A stretch of DNA of 63,605 bases, filler included, from Hausera hauseri (Eukaryota): the NCBI GenBank assembly GCA_046269625.1. It is 12 parts of 12 records of this genome, joined end to end, with 100 filler letters (N's around TTAATTAATTAA, not from the genome) between each part and the next. Parts side by side here need not be neighbours in the genome. Positions count along the whole stretch, not along the records: positions 23,118 to 27,430 come from JBJURY010640997.1; positions 27,531 to 32,170 come from JBJURY010492576.1; positions 32,271 to 36,731 come from JBJURY010569117.1; positions 36,832 to 42,236 come from JBJURY010261399.1; 8 more parts are not named here. One strand, given 5' to 3'. A program made the position numbers and the translations under genes. Within the stretch, counting starts at the first letter, position 1. Each line of letters begins with the position of its first letter. The notes under the pieces were generated by a model. The model did not search any database. It was not told the origin of the DNA and saw nothing but the letters and a program-made list of their open reading frames with translations. Below, one piece after another: positions 25,225 to 39,503 of this stretch.

Positions 25225-27430
25225 TTTTATCATCACTTAGTCATTTAGTGGATCCCCGTTCATGACTTTGTCTTGGGGTTGGATTTTTTGTATTTGTCGT
25301 CGGTCTCTGATCCGGCAGGATGGCCTCCCTGTTTGGCTGGTCAGTCTTTTGACTGAGCTGGAGCTGCGGTCGGGAGGGCTTTTGTGACTGGATTTGTGAC
25401 TCCTGTCACAGACTGAACGGAGGAAGATTCCGTCAAGGTTTCCAGAGCCTCTGGAGTTTATGTAGCACTGGGGTGTGCTAAGCCATTCCGATCCTTTGGT
25501 GTTGTTTCGGACCTGGCAGTTTCGTTGTTTTTGGATCTTAATTCAACAGAGTGTAAAAGTATGTTTAATCCGAATTATAATATTTGATTAGCTTATTGTA
25601 GTCCCATAGAGTTGATTATAAGTCCTATTATTATATATTGGGTAGTGGTTTTGTTATTTTAAGTGGGTAGTTTGAAGCCTATTCGTTCTGTCTAGTGTTG
25701 TGAGTGTTGAAGATGAGGAAACTGGTTTTAATAGCTGCTGCTGTGGTCTTCAGCGCAAGGGTCGCAATCTCAGGCTTTCTAAATCCCAGTTTTTTCAGTA
25801 TGGCATCATTTGTAGGGTACCAGCTGCCCATTGCGCATACCATGAATGTTTCCACGAAAATGTTCTCTAATTTTACACCCGTTTTTTTATGGTATAGTTG
25901 TTTAAGTGGCGAATATTTCTCGATGTTCTGTTTATCCACCAACTGTGCTGCTTCCCAGTCGTCGAAAGATGATTTCACATCGATAATATGCAGTTTACCC
26001 TTGTTGTAAATGACTAGATCCGGAAGGAGTACTTCTATTGACCAGCTTGGTTTTTCTTCCCTCGTTAGTTTTATCTTTTTCTCTAATAGGGTATCTGTGA
26101 GGATATCTAGTATTTTGTCATGCCTGGTTGTTATGAGTGCCATGTTTCTTTCGCAGTGGTTGAGGACATGTGCCTGTCCTTCTAGATCCTCGAGGCAATG
26201 TCTGCATTTCTGATTAGCACCAATGATTTTACGGAAGTATCTGTTGTTGAGTGGCAGGATGTTGTTACGTGCCAAGTATGCGAATCGCCATGTGCTAGGT
26301 GGCAGGTCTATTGTGTTCATTATTTTATTGGATAAATAGTGTTTTGATATCATTGATGCAGATTTTCCTTGGTAGTTGGAACTCTTCTCAGATTTTGGGG
26401 GTTTTGCCCATTCTTCATAGTAGTAAGTGTATACGAATTGGTGAAGTATTTTGCAGCATTGTTTGTATTTAGTTCTGTCCACGCTACATTCTTGTTTGGG
26501 TCGATTGATTATAAGTTTTATGTCGTTGTTCGAATCGGATTGAAGGCTGATTTTGATGCCCATACGTTTAAGGTGTTTGACTGAGCTCCTCACTTTGCTC
26601 CACCACGTCGCTGCGGGGTGTGTTATAGGAGTGGCCGCATCATTTAGCCATCTAAGTGCGTCCTCGAAGTTGGCTTCAGAACTGAATCTATCTTGCGTTA
26701 CTTGTACTGCATGTTTCCTGGCAGTTTCTCTCACAGTAGGGTCCTTGCTGTTGAATAGTTGAAACGCATGAGTTAGGTTCTGTACTGCATATTCGTCTTT
26801 TGCTGCAAGGAGTCCAAGGCCTCCTTCCTTAGTTCCGACATATGGGTAGTCGTTTCCTGCATGGTTTATTTGGGCTTTTAAGACATTGGTCTTCAGTATT
26901 TGTAGGACTTTGTGGTCATAATTAATGAATTTTGAGTCCGGTCCATTGGTACCTGAGCGTAGTGACTGCCACGGTACTGTTCTATTTCGGAGGTGGAACA
27001 ATAGAGTGGAGTGGATGAATGTCTTGTAGGCGTGTATTTTCTGAGCTGGGTGTAGTCCACTGTTGGATATTGTTGTCCAGTTGTTTATGCTAGTTTCAAG
27101 TATTTCTTTCATGCCTCTTCGTTTCTCGTGTCCGAAGGGAACACCCAGGTATTTGTAGTATTGCTCTCCAGTGATAGTTGGGACTGGTTGATTGTAGATT
27201 TTGAGAGTTTGTAGATTTGATTGTTTTCCTAACTTGAGATATCCACATTTTGTTGGATTGAAGATGAGGTTTGCTTGGGTAGCAATGTGGGCTATTCTTT
27301 GAACGGTATTGTTCAGTTCCTCAAAAGTCTTGGCAACGTACACTATATCGTCTGCATAGGCCAAACATCGTAGAGGCTTGTCGAAGATTTGTATTGGATC
27401 CTGAATGGTAGTTTCTGTTTCCGTCAACAT
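25225..27430 (-). mobile_element. RLE-type non-LTR retrotransposon (R2/NeSL/Utopia group), 3' half with 3' UTR
   Basis: Open 583-aa ORF 25679-27430 with LAYADD, YKYLG, CCHC knuckle CRHC...HVLNHC, RHD and PD-(D/E)xK endonuclease PDLVIY..IIDVK. About 450-nt UTR ending in a short A run. Confidence 0.9.
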
Positions 27431-27829
27431 NNNNNNNNNNNNNNNNNNNNNNNNNNNNNNNNNNNNNNNNNNNNTTAATTAATTAANNNNNNNNNNNNNN
27501 NNNNNNNNNNNNNNNNNNNNNNNNNNNNNNTTAATTTCTTTAGCGAAACCATGAGTTATGTGGAGTAATGGGTGCTGGGTGGTGGCATGTTATGTTTTTG
27601 TAGTAAGTTAGATATACACCATCATTATCATTCTTTTTGATGACGTCAGCATCTTGATGACGTATATTCTTTAGTTATATAGTAAGGGGTTATGAGGCGG
27701 TGATGGTGACGTGTTAGATATCATCAGGTTCCGTATTCCTCATTCGTGGGCATGCTTATGGGACATGCAAGGGTCATATTTTCTGTTAAGGGCGGGTATC
27801 TTAAGGGTACTGGAGGTGGTTTAGGTCAC

Positions 27830-28500
27830 CAGCATGACAAAATCGCTGACATGACCATTGTCGACATGAAAGCTTATCAATGTGAAAAATCCAAACATGA
27901 AAACTTGAGACGTGGAACATTGCTGCTATGAAAACTTACTGACATTCCACGCCGACATACAAATTTGCAGAGATCCCAAAGTCGCCGACATGAAAATTGA
28001 CGACACGAAAGTTGTCGGCGACATGAACGTTGTCGATGTCAAAGTTGGCGACATGAAAACTTGTCAATGTGAAAAATCCTAACATGAAAACTTGAGACTT
28101 GGACCGTTGCTGCTATGAAAACTTACTAACATTCCAAAGTCGCTTCACAAAAGTTGTCGACTCGAACGTTATGGATATGAAGGTTGTCGACATGTAAAGT
28201 CGCCAACATGAAACGTCACCAACATGACAAAGCCATCGACGTGAAAGTTGACGATACAAAAGGTGTCGCCACGAACGTTGTCGCAATAAAGGTTGTCGAC
28301 ATGAAAGTTGCCAACATGAAAAGTCGCCGACATGAACGTTGTTGACAATAAAGTTGTCGACCTGAACATTGTCGACTTGAAGGATGTCAACGTGAAAACT
28401 TGCTGACGTGAGAAAATCCTAACATGAAAACTTTAGATGTGGAACGTCACCGATATGAAAACTTACTGACATGTCCAAAGTCACTGACATAAAAACTGCC
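27830..28500. repeat. Degenerate ~19-20-bp minisatellite (CATGAAAGTTGTCGA-like) with higher-order repeat
   Basis: Many CATGAAA/GTCGAC variants. The block TGTGAAAAATCC.AACATGAAAACTT recurs at ~27880, ~28068 and ~28408. Confidence 0.8.
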
Positions 28501-30545
28501 CACATATGATCCTATAAGCATGAAGAAGACGACCTAAACCACCACCAGCACCCTTAAGAAACCCTACCTTAACAGAAAATATGACCCTTCTTGTCCCGAC
28601 TTCCTCCCATAGATATGCTCAAGCATGAGGAAGACGACCTAAATATCGTCAGCACCCTTAAGAAACGCAATTTTAACATAAAATATGACCCTTCTATGAC
28701 CTAACGTGCTATTAAAGACATGCTCAAGCATGAGGAAGTCGACCTTAACATCGCCAGCACCCTTAAGAAACCCAACCTTAACACAAAATGTTACCCTTCC
28801 ATGATCCGACATGCCCCTAAATATAAAGAAGATGACCTAAACCACCACCAGCACCCCTAAGAAACCCAACCGTAACAGAAAATGTTACCCTTCCATAATC
28901 TGGCATACCCCTAACCATGAAGAAGATGACCTAAACCACCACCAGCACGCCTAAGAAACCCAACCTTAATAAAAAAAATGTCACCCTTCCATGATCCGAC
29001 ATGCCCTTAAACATGAAGAAGACGACCTAAACCACCTCCAGCACCTTTAAGAAACGCAACCTTAACAGAAAATATGCCCCTATAATGATCCGACGAGCTC
29101 CCATGAACATGAAGAACACGACCTAAACCACCCCCAGGACTCTTAGGATACCCGACCTTAAGAGAAAATATTCTCCTTCCATGGTCCGACTGTCTCCCAT
29201 GAACATAAAGAACACGACCTAATCCACCCCCAGGACTCTTAGGATACCTGACCTTAAGAGAAAGTATTCCCTTCCCATGATCCGACATGCCCTAAACATG
29301 AAGAAGATGACCTAAACCACCTCCAGTACCCTTAAGATACCCAACCTTAACNNNNNNNNNNNNNNNNNNNNNNNNNNNNNNNNNNNNNNNNNNNNNNNNN
29401 NNNNNNNNNNNNNNNNNNNNNNNNNNNNNNNNNNNNNNNNNNNNNNNNNNNCCATGATCCGACATGCCCTAAACATGAAGAAGATGACCTAAACCACCTC
29501 CAGTACCCTTAAGATACCCAACCTTAACATAAAATGTTATCCTTCCATGTCCCAACTTGCTCCATGAACACGAAGAACACGACCTAAACCACCTCCAGCA
29601 TGCCCAAGCTTGGGGAAGACAACCTAAAGTAGCTCTATCACCCTCAATAAACCTAACCTTAACAGAAAATATGACCCTTCCGTGTCCCGATTTGCTCCCA
29701 AAGAAATGCTCAGGTATGAAAAATACGATCGAAACCACCACCAGCACCTTTAAGAAACCCAAACATAAATGAAAATATGACCCTTCCATAACCCACATTG
29801 CTCCCATAGACTCAAGCATGAGGAAGACGACCTAAACCACACCCAAAACCTTTTAGAAACCCAACATTACCAGAAAATATGCCCTTCTATGACCCGACTT
29901 TCTCCCATGAATATGAAGAAGACGACCTAATCTACTTCCAGCACCATTTAGATACCCGCGCTTAACAGAAAATATGTCTCTTCCATGTCCCGACTTGCTC
30001 CCATGAACATGAAGAAGACAACCTAAACTACCTCCAGCACCCTTAGTATACCCAACATGCCCCTTCCATGACCCGACTTGCTCCCATAAACATGAAGAAG
30101 ATGACCTAAACCACGATCAGCACCCTTAAGATATCCAACATGCCCCTTACTTGATGCAACTTGCTTCCGTAGACATATCCAGCATGAGGAAGACTATCTA
30201 ATCACCGCCAGCACCCTTAAGAAACCGAACTCTAACCGAAAATTTGCCTTTTCCATGACCCATCTTGCTCCCCTACACACGCTCAAGCATGAGGAAGACG
30301 ACCTAAACAACTCCAGCACTCTTAAGACACCCAACCTTAACAGAAAATATGCACCTTCCATGATTCGACATGCCCCTAAACATGAAGAAGTCGGCCTTAA
30401 CCACCACCAGCACCCTTAAGATTCCCAACCTTAACATAAAATATGCCCCTTTAATGATCCGACATGTCCTTTAACATGAAGAAGATGACCTGAACCACCG
30501 CCAGTACCTTTAAGATACCCAACCTTAACAAAAAATATGACCCCT
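28500..30545. repeat. ~95-110-bp tandem satellite
   Basis: About 20 units of CATGAAGAAGACGACCTAAACCACC.CCAGCACCCTTAAGA.ACCCAACCTTAACAGAAAATATG.CCCTTCCATGA.CCGAC; an inverted partial unit at ~27745-27829. Confidence 0.9.
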
Positions 30546-33500
30546 TATAAATGTATATGGAGATGTCGGAAGATCATGGTCCCTAATAACTCTTACAATG
30601 CTACACTTATATGACATGGCACATGGTAATATCTAGACATAACACGTCATAATCCCCTCCTCATCACCCCTACTATATATGTCATCAACAATGATGATGG
30701 TGAGACTAACTACATAAAAACCGATAAAAATATTTACTTACTTAAATATATCTAATGGAGGTGACGGAAGGTCTTGGTCACTATCCTTATAAGATAACAC
30801 CCCCATCCCATCACCCCTACGACCGCTACACATCATCGCTTCTATCACTATTCCCGCTCCCTAATCCTAACTAACTTTGTCATAAACAAATGATGATGAG
30901 GGAAAAAAATGAAAACATGATGATGATGAAAAATTCTTACCTTACAGAAAAACAAGAAATCTAACTACATAAATTCCTTATATAACCTTAGCTCCAGAGC
31001 CCCTAATTAAAAAGAATGATGATGATGAAAAAAAAAAATTTAACAACATAAATATGCTTACTTTGCGGAAAAATAAGGAATCTAACTACATAAAAATGCT
31101 TACGTTGCAGAGAAAGATAGAGCCTTGTTATCTAAATCGGACCCCCTTTTTCCCTTGTAACCTTACTGCATGTGATCTTCAGATCCACATGAATACTTTG
31201 TTATATGGGATCGTATGATCCACATGCAAATTCTAAACATTATGTACATCCTATTACTACTCACCTTCGCTAGGACTCGGGGTTAGCGAAATTATTTATC
31301 TCTTCCGCTTACCTGTGTTTCGAACCATGGCCTTTCTTGTCAAGCTTTGAAGTGCAAAACATTAAATCCTTCTGCCAGACCATTCCTCGTCCATTTTATA
31401 TGGAGACGTGTTGCAAGCCCATTACAAAACTCCGATCTTTTCACACCCTGCCCAAAAGCCAAAAGACTTTCCAAATCGCCTGCTTTTTCAAACTCCTACA
31501 CTCCATGTTCAGAGTTTCTTTGATGTCTTGTGTCCAGCGGTGTCTCGGTGAAACTTATGCCAGAAACCGTACTTTCCTTTATAATTCCTTCTGGACCATC
31601 ATGTTCTTTTATGTGACGAAGTTTTACAGTTTTTGAGCCGTGATAATGTTTATGAGTCTGGTTCTCTGATGTTCACTTCTTGCAGCCTGACTTATTTTTG
31701 TTGTTGCACGATTGTCTGAAGACTTTTCTGTAACAATTTGTTTCTAAATGTTCAGTCATTTGTTAATGGTCTATAACTCACACCTGTAGGTCGCCACAGA
31801 ATAAATACGTGCTTCAGAAATTTTACTTTGGCCATATGGTCTTCAGATCAACGAACTTCTTTGGTCAAGCTAGTTCTGTCTTCCTTTCAACAGTCTTCGG
31901 TTTTTTTAGCTATGGAATTACATTATTCGAAATTAGTAACAATTTTAATGTCTAAATTATTGTTGTTAATTTGGGGTTGGCGGTTAATTTTATCAGCAGG
32001 CATTATTTTTGGTTTGTTTTTAATGTTCAGGGAAATGTTTTGTGCTTTCTTTTGTTTTGTAACAGACATGCTGAGTTTTTTTTTTTACTCCAGACCTTTA
32101 TGACTGGAAGAATGACTGTATCACATGTGTATATTAGTTCTGAAAATGAACTATAATCAGTTATGAAAGGNNNNNNNNNNNNNNNNNNNNNNNNNNNNNN
32201 NNNNNNNNNNNNNNTTAATTAATTAANNNNNNNNNNNNNNNNNNNNNNNNNNNNNNNNNNNNNNNNNNNNATCGATGGCACACATTAGCACTTTAACTTT
32301 ATCGATTTATTGATTGATGCAATATTGATTTACCCATTTACCAAAGATCAATTTATCGATTTTCTCGCTTGACCGATTATCGGTTACCATGGCAACGGCC
32401 ACCTTGTGCGGTATCTAAAGAACGGCCTCCATAGTGAAGTTTCGTAGTTACGATACCCTCGGGAGGCTGGTGTAGAAACCCCATCTCATCTACTAACTGT
32501 AGAGGAATTGATCATAACGTATAGCATAATAACACATTTAACGTATCTTTATGCATACATCCCATTTCTCTCAACCAAATAAGTCGTCATAAATAAGTTC
32601 AACTGAACCTAAAACTTAAATTTGGTGAGTTAAATTTGTATTAATAATTGGTTTATACATTTGGTATGATGTTAACTTTTTTTATTTTCAAAATCAATTC
32701 ACCACGACGTGATGGAATTGATCTATAAAGGTTTTCTAGCATTTCACTGTCACTTATATTCCATGTTGACGAAATGACAGATTTTTATTCTTATTTGGTT
32801 GCATACTGCCTTCAATTTTCGTTAACTTCACGTGATGCGGCAGACCAAGCAATTTCAATTATGTTAATATCTGGAGAGTACACCAACCATTTCAAAAACC
32901 TTAATATAATGGTCTTCAAATCAGTTTTGATTCTCTTTAGCTGTACTGCTGGAATACATTGTTGTCTCTAATAAATAGTAACACTTTGCAAAGCATGATA
33001 TTTACACAATTCTTTGTATCCCCAGTTCCCTTGGTAATGAATACATCCAATTTTGCGTCGCACAATATGGTACTCCATACCATAATTTAGTTTCCCAAAA
33101 AAATCAAGTTTTGTTAAATATGATCAATTTGTAAGAAAAATTTGACTATTCAGTTGAAATGTTCTAACTATATTGTTAAGGGAAAAACGTTTTCCATTCT
33201 ATTGAATGGTTAATCACATACTGAGATAACAATAGGTCATATTCTACAAAATGCAATGAGTTATGGTATGTAGTGTTATATCAATTCCCACGTAACTCTC
33301 GAATGGGGAGCAGTATTATTATTATTTTTACGACAACGACGCACTCCACTCAGTTTGAATATTTTTAGTAATTTAGCAGATTAGTCTACGTATGACTTTA
33401 TGAACCGACTGTCCCAAATGGAACTGCTTGTACGACCACGAGCTAATAAAATCATTTGTTTACTTATCCTAATACAAAAGTTGTTTGACAAATAAAATAT

Positions 33501-33954
33501 TAAAATTCAAATGTCATTGGCTGTCTACTTCACTGAGTTTTGTTTATGATTTTTAAAAATCTATTATTTTGAGCTGTTGAGATGATAAACAATGCTTTTT
33601 TTTGTTAGCTTTTAATGATGCTCTGTGTTTGCATCCACAGTTTAAAGCCATAATGACTTTAACTTCATAAACTTTATTGTCATTCACAATTGTACAGGGC
33701 ACCATGCACAATTAAAAAAAAATAGGTTTTCCAGAAATATTTCATGGTAGGAGGTGTGAAGAGTATGAACGATCCTGATCAGACAAATTTTCTTAGGTAC
33801 GTATGTATTTAACGGCTTTCGTTAAATTAAAATATCATTTACACTACAACTGCAGATCAGTCTTTCTTTCTTTTTTAAAATTAATTTTATTAAGCCACGC
33901 AGAGTCGATCAAATAGACACTGATTTTCGGTTCGGAAAATCAAACTAGGCACTG

Positions 33955-35450
33955 TGTCGTAGAGTAAAGGCCGCAAAGTCAGAAAAAGCCATAGAAGAAG
34001 AACCGCAACACTAGAAAGAGACATCAACACGTCAACTACAAAGGACACCGACGCACGGAAGGCGGAAATGGGAGTGTAAAAATTACAAAGAAACGCCGAT
34101 GATCGCCCACACACGATACAGAGGCGGAAAGCGCCAACACAAAAGCAACGTTAATTGCGTAGGCGGAGGACGGAGATAAACAAAAAGTGTTGGAAACATA
34201 GCAACGAGGAGCAGTATTCAGGAGACTTTGAAGTGAGCAGATGTGCTCAGTGTTTGTGATAGAGCCAGTATTCTCAGGACTTCTGAGGAAGTAAATGTGT
34301 TCTACATGGCGGCAAGGAAAGTTTTCCTTGGCAAGCTCCTGCAGTGTATGTGAGCCGATTTTATGGTCCAGTTGGACTTGGCTACAGGCTCCCTAACGTT
34401 TGGAGTATGAAATCATCGTGACTATGGAGAGTCACCAACGTTTTCGTGCAGCAGAAGAAACAGAGGTATCTCTCACCCCAGACCAAGTGTGTATTTTGTT
34501 AATCAACGTTCGTGATAGAGAAGCTTGCAGAATGGTAACAGCATCTCATCTACAGTTTGTTTACAGTGGCTAATCAGCCATTGCAACACAGGGTAGCAAA
34601 ATTGTGGAGAACCCAGCGCTGTGAAAGGAGCAGTTTGAAATTGTGTTGGAATTCTAGAAAACTGTGAGTACAGTTAAGCGTTTACATGTCTAGAAATATT
34701 GACTATAGTGCGCACATGTGAACAATGAACAGAAAGCTGCATATAATGAGATCCGAAAGGATGTGCCACCACATCGTGGTGTTGAACACTGAAATTGTAA
34801 AAACAGTGATAATTAGCATTAATTAGTGGTGCGCACTTTTAGCTGTCTTGAATGTTTAAATGTGATTGGCTCATGTACATTGTTTGTGAAACAGTCTATA
34901 TGTTTTCCCCTTCACACAGAGATGAGACTCGCCAAATATCGGCTTGACCCTTCTCTCCCCATTGTGGCGTTTCGTTAGACGGAAGTCCCAATAGTGTGAC
35001 TTGATTCAGTCAGGTCGCCAATGTAGTCGTGTCCGAGAGCAATTATTTATGTATGTTTATTTAGAGATTTTACTTCAGTATTGGTATTGAGAACCAAGAG
35101 AGGCCTATACCATTGAGATTATTATGTTGCACATGATTTCATTGATGATTGTCAATAGTTACGTTAACAAACTTGATTTTATTTAAAGGACTAGCATTCT
35201 CCAGTCTATAGTATTCGTGCCAAAGTTTCGTTGCACGCTTTAACTATTGAAATATATCGTTGGTATTGGTTGTGTTGCTTACGGTTGTAGACTGTGTTGT
35301 TACTACGGGTGCTGTGGTGAATACACGAACACTGGGGCATTTCTATTACCATCGTCATATTGAGTAAGAAATGCAAACACAATACTATCACCGTGCCAAT
35401 GATTTTATTATCCCAATTTGTATAGCGTCGGTAGCACAAAAACTACGACA
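33955..35450 (+). repeat. Gypsy 5' LTR
   Basis: Terminal inverted 8-mer TGTCGTAG...CTACGACA, followed by PBS-like TGGTGCCGGTGA at 35462 and then gag. Confidence 0.7.
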
Positions 35451-35752
35451 GTAATGTTTATTGGTGCCGGTGAGATTACGGTCACCGACAGCACACTGCT
35501 ATCATAGATCAGAGATGTAATTATATTGAGATATTGTGCACAGCGTACATATATACTATAAATACAGTGTGAAAAGACAGTGTTTCAAACGCCGCACAAT
35601 TGGTATATTTATTGAGTGCTAGCTAAAATAGTTCAGTGACAAATACAAAAGAAATTTCTTGAGCAAGAAATTGAACACTGCCTGGTTGAAAACCAACGAA
35701 AATTGATTTTAATCAGTTCGTAATTGACTTAGAAGAAAGTTTATCAGACAAC

Positions 35753-36731
35753 ATGGCGGAAGGTACTGAATGGATGGTCACGTTACCTCAAGCACAACTA
35801 GACACCATCGTGGCCGCAAATGCAGCCATGCGCACGGAGTGTGAGGAAATTCGCAAAATGATAGCAGATCTTCAAGTCGGAAGTCAAACTCAGAGCAAAG
35901 AAGTGAAAACACGTCCAGCTACACAAGATGATCCTGTAAGGAAGGCCATAGATAAATTCGAGACTATGGTGACTAAAGTGAATCTTAACAGCAAACACCA
36001 AAATGTGAGAACGGTTGTTCAACCCTTCAGTGGTAAAGACACGAGACAGTTCAAGACCTGGATTTCTCAGATCGAGAAATATAGTTACCTGGTGTAGGTG
36101 ACAGAGGATGAGAAGAAGGAGCTTGTTATATGACCACAGATGGTCTCGCGAACGACTTTGTTAAACGCAAGCTTAGCACACATCCCAATGACACGTGGGA
36201 TGCATTTAAGAAAACGCTCGAAAACAGCTATGCAGAGGTGAGCGACATGCACTATGCCATCGCTGCCCTCATGAAGATACGTCAGGCAAAAAGCCAAGCA
36301 GTACAGTTGTACGGAGACGAACTTTGGAAAATGGCGGAAAGTTGCTTACCCTGGTCAAGATGTACTTTCTGAAGAAATCGGTAAACTGCTGATACCCATC
36401 TTTATTGATGGCTTGAGAAACACAAGAATTAAAATTAAACTGATGAAAGAAGAGCACAAGACGATCGAATCAGCAATTCAGACAGCAGTTGATGAGGAGA
36501 ATTTTAGAAAGCGAATTAACATACGAATGGGAAGAGACAAGTTCGAAGACCAAGGTGAAGAACAAATGAATGTTGACCATTATAGACACAAATGTCGAGG
36601 AAGACATTCAGATGATGAACGTTATCATGAAAGATGACATGAACACAGACGCATGGTTCATGAAGTAGAAAAACACATAAAATGATAAGGGTGTGGAAAA
36701 GATGGGCATATTGCGAAAGAATGCCACAGTA
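35753..36731 (+). pseudogene. Ty3/Gypsy gag, disrupted
   Basis: QPFSGKDTRQFKTWISQIEKY, TWDAFKKTL, KIRQ..SQAVQLY, FIDGL and a degenerate CxxCxxxGHxxxxC knuckle near 36690-36725. Confidence 0.75.
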
Positions 36732-36831
36732 NNNNNNNNNNNNNNNNNNNNNNNNNNNNNNNNNNNNNNNNNNNNTTAATTAATTAANNNNNNNNNNNNN
36801 NNNNNNNNNNNNNNNNNNNNNNNNNNNNNNN

Positions 36832-37849
36832 CACAACGACTACCAAATTTAACGCCACAAATGTAAATGTTCTGTATGTACAAAATGTAAATAACTTACG
36901 AAACATGAAATGATTGAAGATATGTGTTGCCACCACGCTTCTGGATAACTTCCTGGATTCGTCGAGACATGGACTCATAGAAAGTGTCTAATATGTTCTG
37001 AGCCGTTCCCATCCAAAGATCTTTGGCTAACTGAAAAACGTCGTTGAGATTGAGAGGACTGTGCTGGTCCAGTCTAAACTTCAGGTTAGACCACAGATTT
37101 TCAATCAGATTAAGGGCTGGACTCATAGCTGGCCACCTGGAAACCTCAATGTTATTAGCCTGAAGCCATGCATTGGTGCGCCTTGCTGAATGTGATGGCG
37201 CGTTTTCTTGTTGGAAAATTCGGGCAAGATGTTGCTGTAAATGAGGCAAAAGTACGTTCTGGAGCACTTTAATGTATGCTGCGCTATTTAGCGTGCCACA
37301 AACTCTCTGTAATGGCAAAACGCCAGCTGAGTGAATGGCGCCACACACCATTACTGTACCACCACCAGCCTGAGTCTCTAAACAAAACACATTTGGTTGC
37401 CGGTGGACATTATCGCGCCACCGAAAATAATGTCGCTTCCGTCCTTGGAGAAGGTGAAGTGGTATTTCATCGAAGAATATTATATTGAGCCACTCATTGA
37501 CATTCCAATGACGATACTGCAATGCGAAATCAAGACATCGATCTTTGTAACGAGCTGTATGGAGTGGTTTTCGCTTTGCGACCTTTATTTTCAATCCAGA
37601 TTGAAGCAATCTTCGTCGGACTGTGCGAGAACTGATATTAAGTTGCAACTGCTGGTTGAATTCCTGTAGGGTACAACGCAGGAATATACCATATATTTGT
37701 CTGTTTTGTCACACAAATGTTAATCTTGGCCAGGAAGACCCAGGAAGTCTTTCAACAGTACCATGGATGTTGTGCTTCATCATAATTTTGGAAATAGTAG
37801 TCCAGCTAACGTTCAATCATCTGGCCAGCTCAGCTCTTGAGATGTCCTC
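36832..37849 (-). mobile_element. Tc1-family transposase remnant
   Basis: SRTVRRRL, KRKPL, IIFFDE, VMVCGAI, FQQENAPSH and WPAMSPALNLIENLW. The 5' part is cut by unit E3. Confidence 0.9.
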
Positions 37850-39503
37850 TGTGGTGTCCACGGCGGCCGGTGCCCTTTGGCTCATTTGGTTGGGCACGGC
37901 CGGGCGTCCGTTGTCGCCGCGTCGGATCCATTGTCGGGCCCGATTTTCGGCCTCAAAAAACTTCACAATTTCTACATCATAAAAATGACTCCAATTACAC
38001 CATCGTTGAAGAACAAAGAAAATAAAAGATTAGAAAAATTGATGACGATGAAACTGAAATTATGTATAAAGAACCAATATTTTTCTCCGAAGTCGAAGTT
38101 TTAGATTTATCACAAAGCAAATCTCCATGTCGGTCAGCGTATGCTATCGGTACAATCACTGATCGTAGTAATGCCAACGAATCGTTGAATTTTCTAGCCA
38201 TGGTCAGTCTTCATATCGAATAGATGATCTTAATAATAGTGATATATGGAATAATATAGGAAAAATACGCCTATATATTGAAAGGTTTTGGAGCGCACAG
38301 TTTAGCCAATATTCTACCAACGATTCCGGAATTATCGTTACAGACAACAGTTCACAAGACATTAAAACCATCGTGTAAATGCCTGAATATTGAACAATTG
38401 CAGAAAATATTGTCTGTTGTTGATCACTGGGTTATACAATCCAATAACTCACATTTGTCGTCCCACACAAGGCAGAAGAAAACATTTCTGAGTGAAATTG
38501 TATTAGAAGAAATTGTAACAAGTAAGCTGATTAAACCATTAGAATCGTCCGTACTAGCAAAAACGTCGTTGCGAAAAAAATCAAAGAAGTCGAAATACGA
38601 AAAATATTGGGAAAAATTGGTGTTGAAACATCTGAACCGTCGACTGTGTCTCACCGATAAGCCTCATTTGCACTGGAGCTTAATGCAGCCGGTTTTGTTC
38701 AAAGGTGAAGCAGTTCGTTTCTGTGCTGTAACAAATAAACACGAGCTTGAAAGTCTGTGAAATATAATTAAAATTATCATCCGATACGCTTGACTCTCGC
38801 CTCCGACAGTTGATACTAAAACGATGTCTCAGATGCTATTTATGAGCCTATGTACAAATACGATTCTTATGCACTATCTGACTTTTTATCTTTATTTTCT
38901 ATTATTCGTTGTTATTGTTACTGATATTACTATTAGTAGTATTAGTATTATTGATAGTACTACTGACTTATCATCATTATTATTGGCATCATTGGCTACT
39001 TCGGCTTTGCGGATTTTATGCACGTTTTATATACAAAAAACGCAGATTTATCGCGGCTGATATCTCTGAACATCTGGTTTTCTGTTTTCATTAGCATAAT
39101 GTCACGTTCTTTTTGTACAATTCGTTTTGCGATGTGCCGGATTCGCCGGCCTTGTTTTGTGTGTCGTTCCTTATGACATTGTAAAAGTTTAAAAAAATTT
39201 GTTTTCTTGAATAATTGACAATTGTTGTTGAAGTTCGATTTTAAATTTCTGGCCATTTTGAAGTCTTCAATTACTGCTCATATTCAGTTCGTTTACACCA
39301 TTTTTGAAGTTTTGTTTAAGAACAACTATTATTGCGATTAATACAAAAGGAAATTTAACGGTGGAATTATTCAAAATTATTTTCTAAAAGTGTAGAAGCA
39401 AAAAATACAGAAATGATCGATGAGGAGTTGGCGAAATTTTATCAGAAATTTTGGCTGCAGTCGTCTCCGCAGGATTTAATCATCACGAATTTTGCAATTA
39501 ATA
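37850..39503 (+). mobile_element. Cargo-carrying insertion unit E3 (no matching TSD)
   Basis: Starts TGTGGTGTCCACGGCGGCCGGTGCCC (homologous end to ~37958), then host-like ORFs (38278-38760 + and 38996-39256 -). Ends ...AATTAATA like E1, where the Sola2-like frame begins. Confidence 0.6.

Noticed and set aside
28500-30545. CRISPR-like array or repetitive protein
   Set aside because: Units are homologous along their whole length with no unique spacers and no cas genes; the ORFs are by-products of the satellite.
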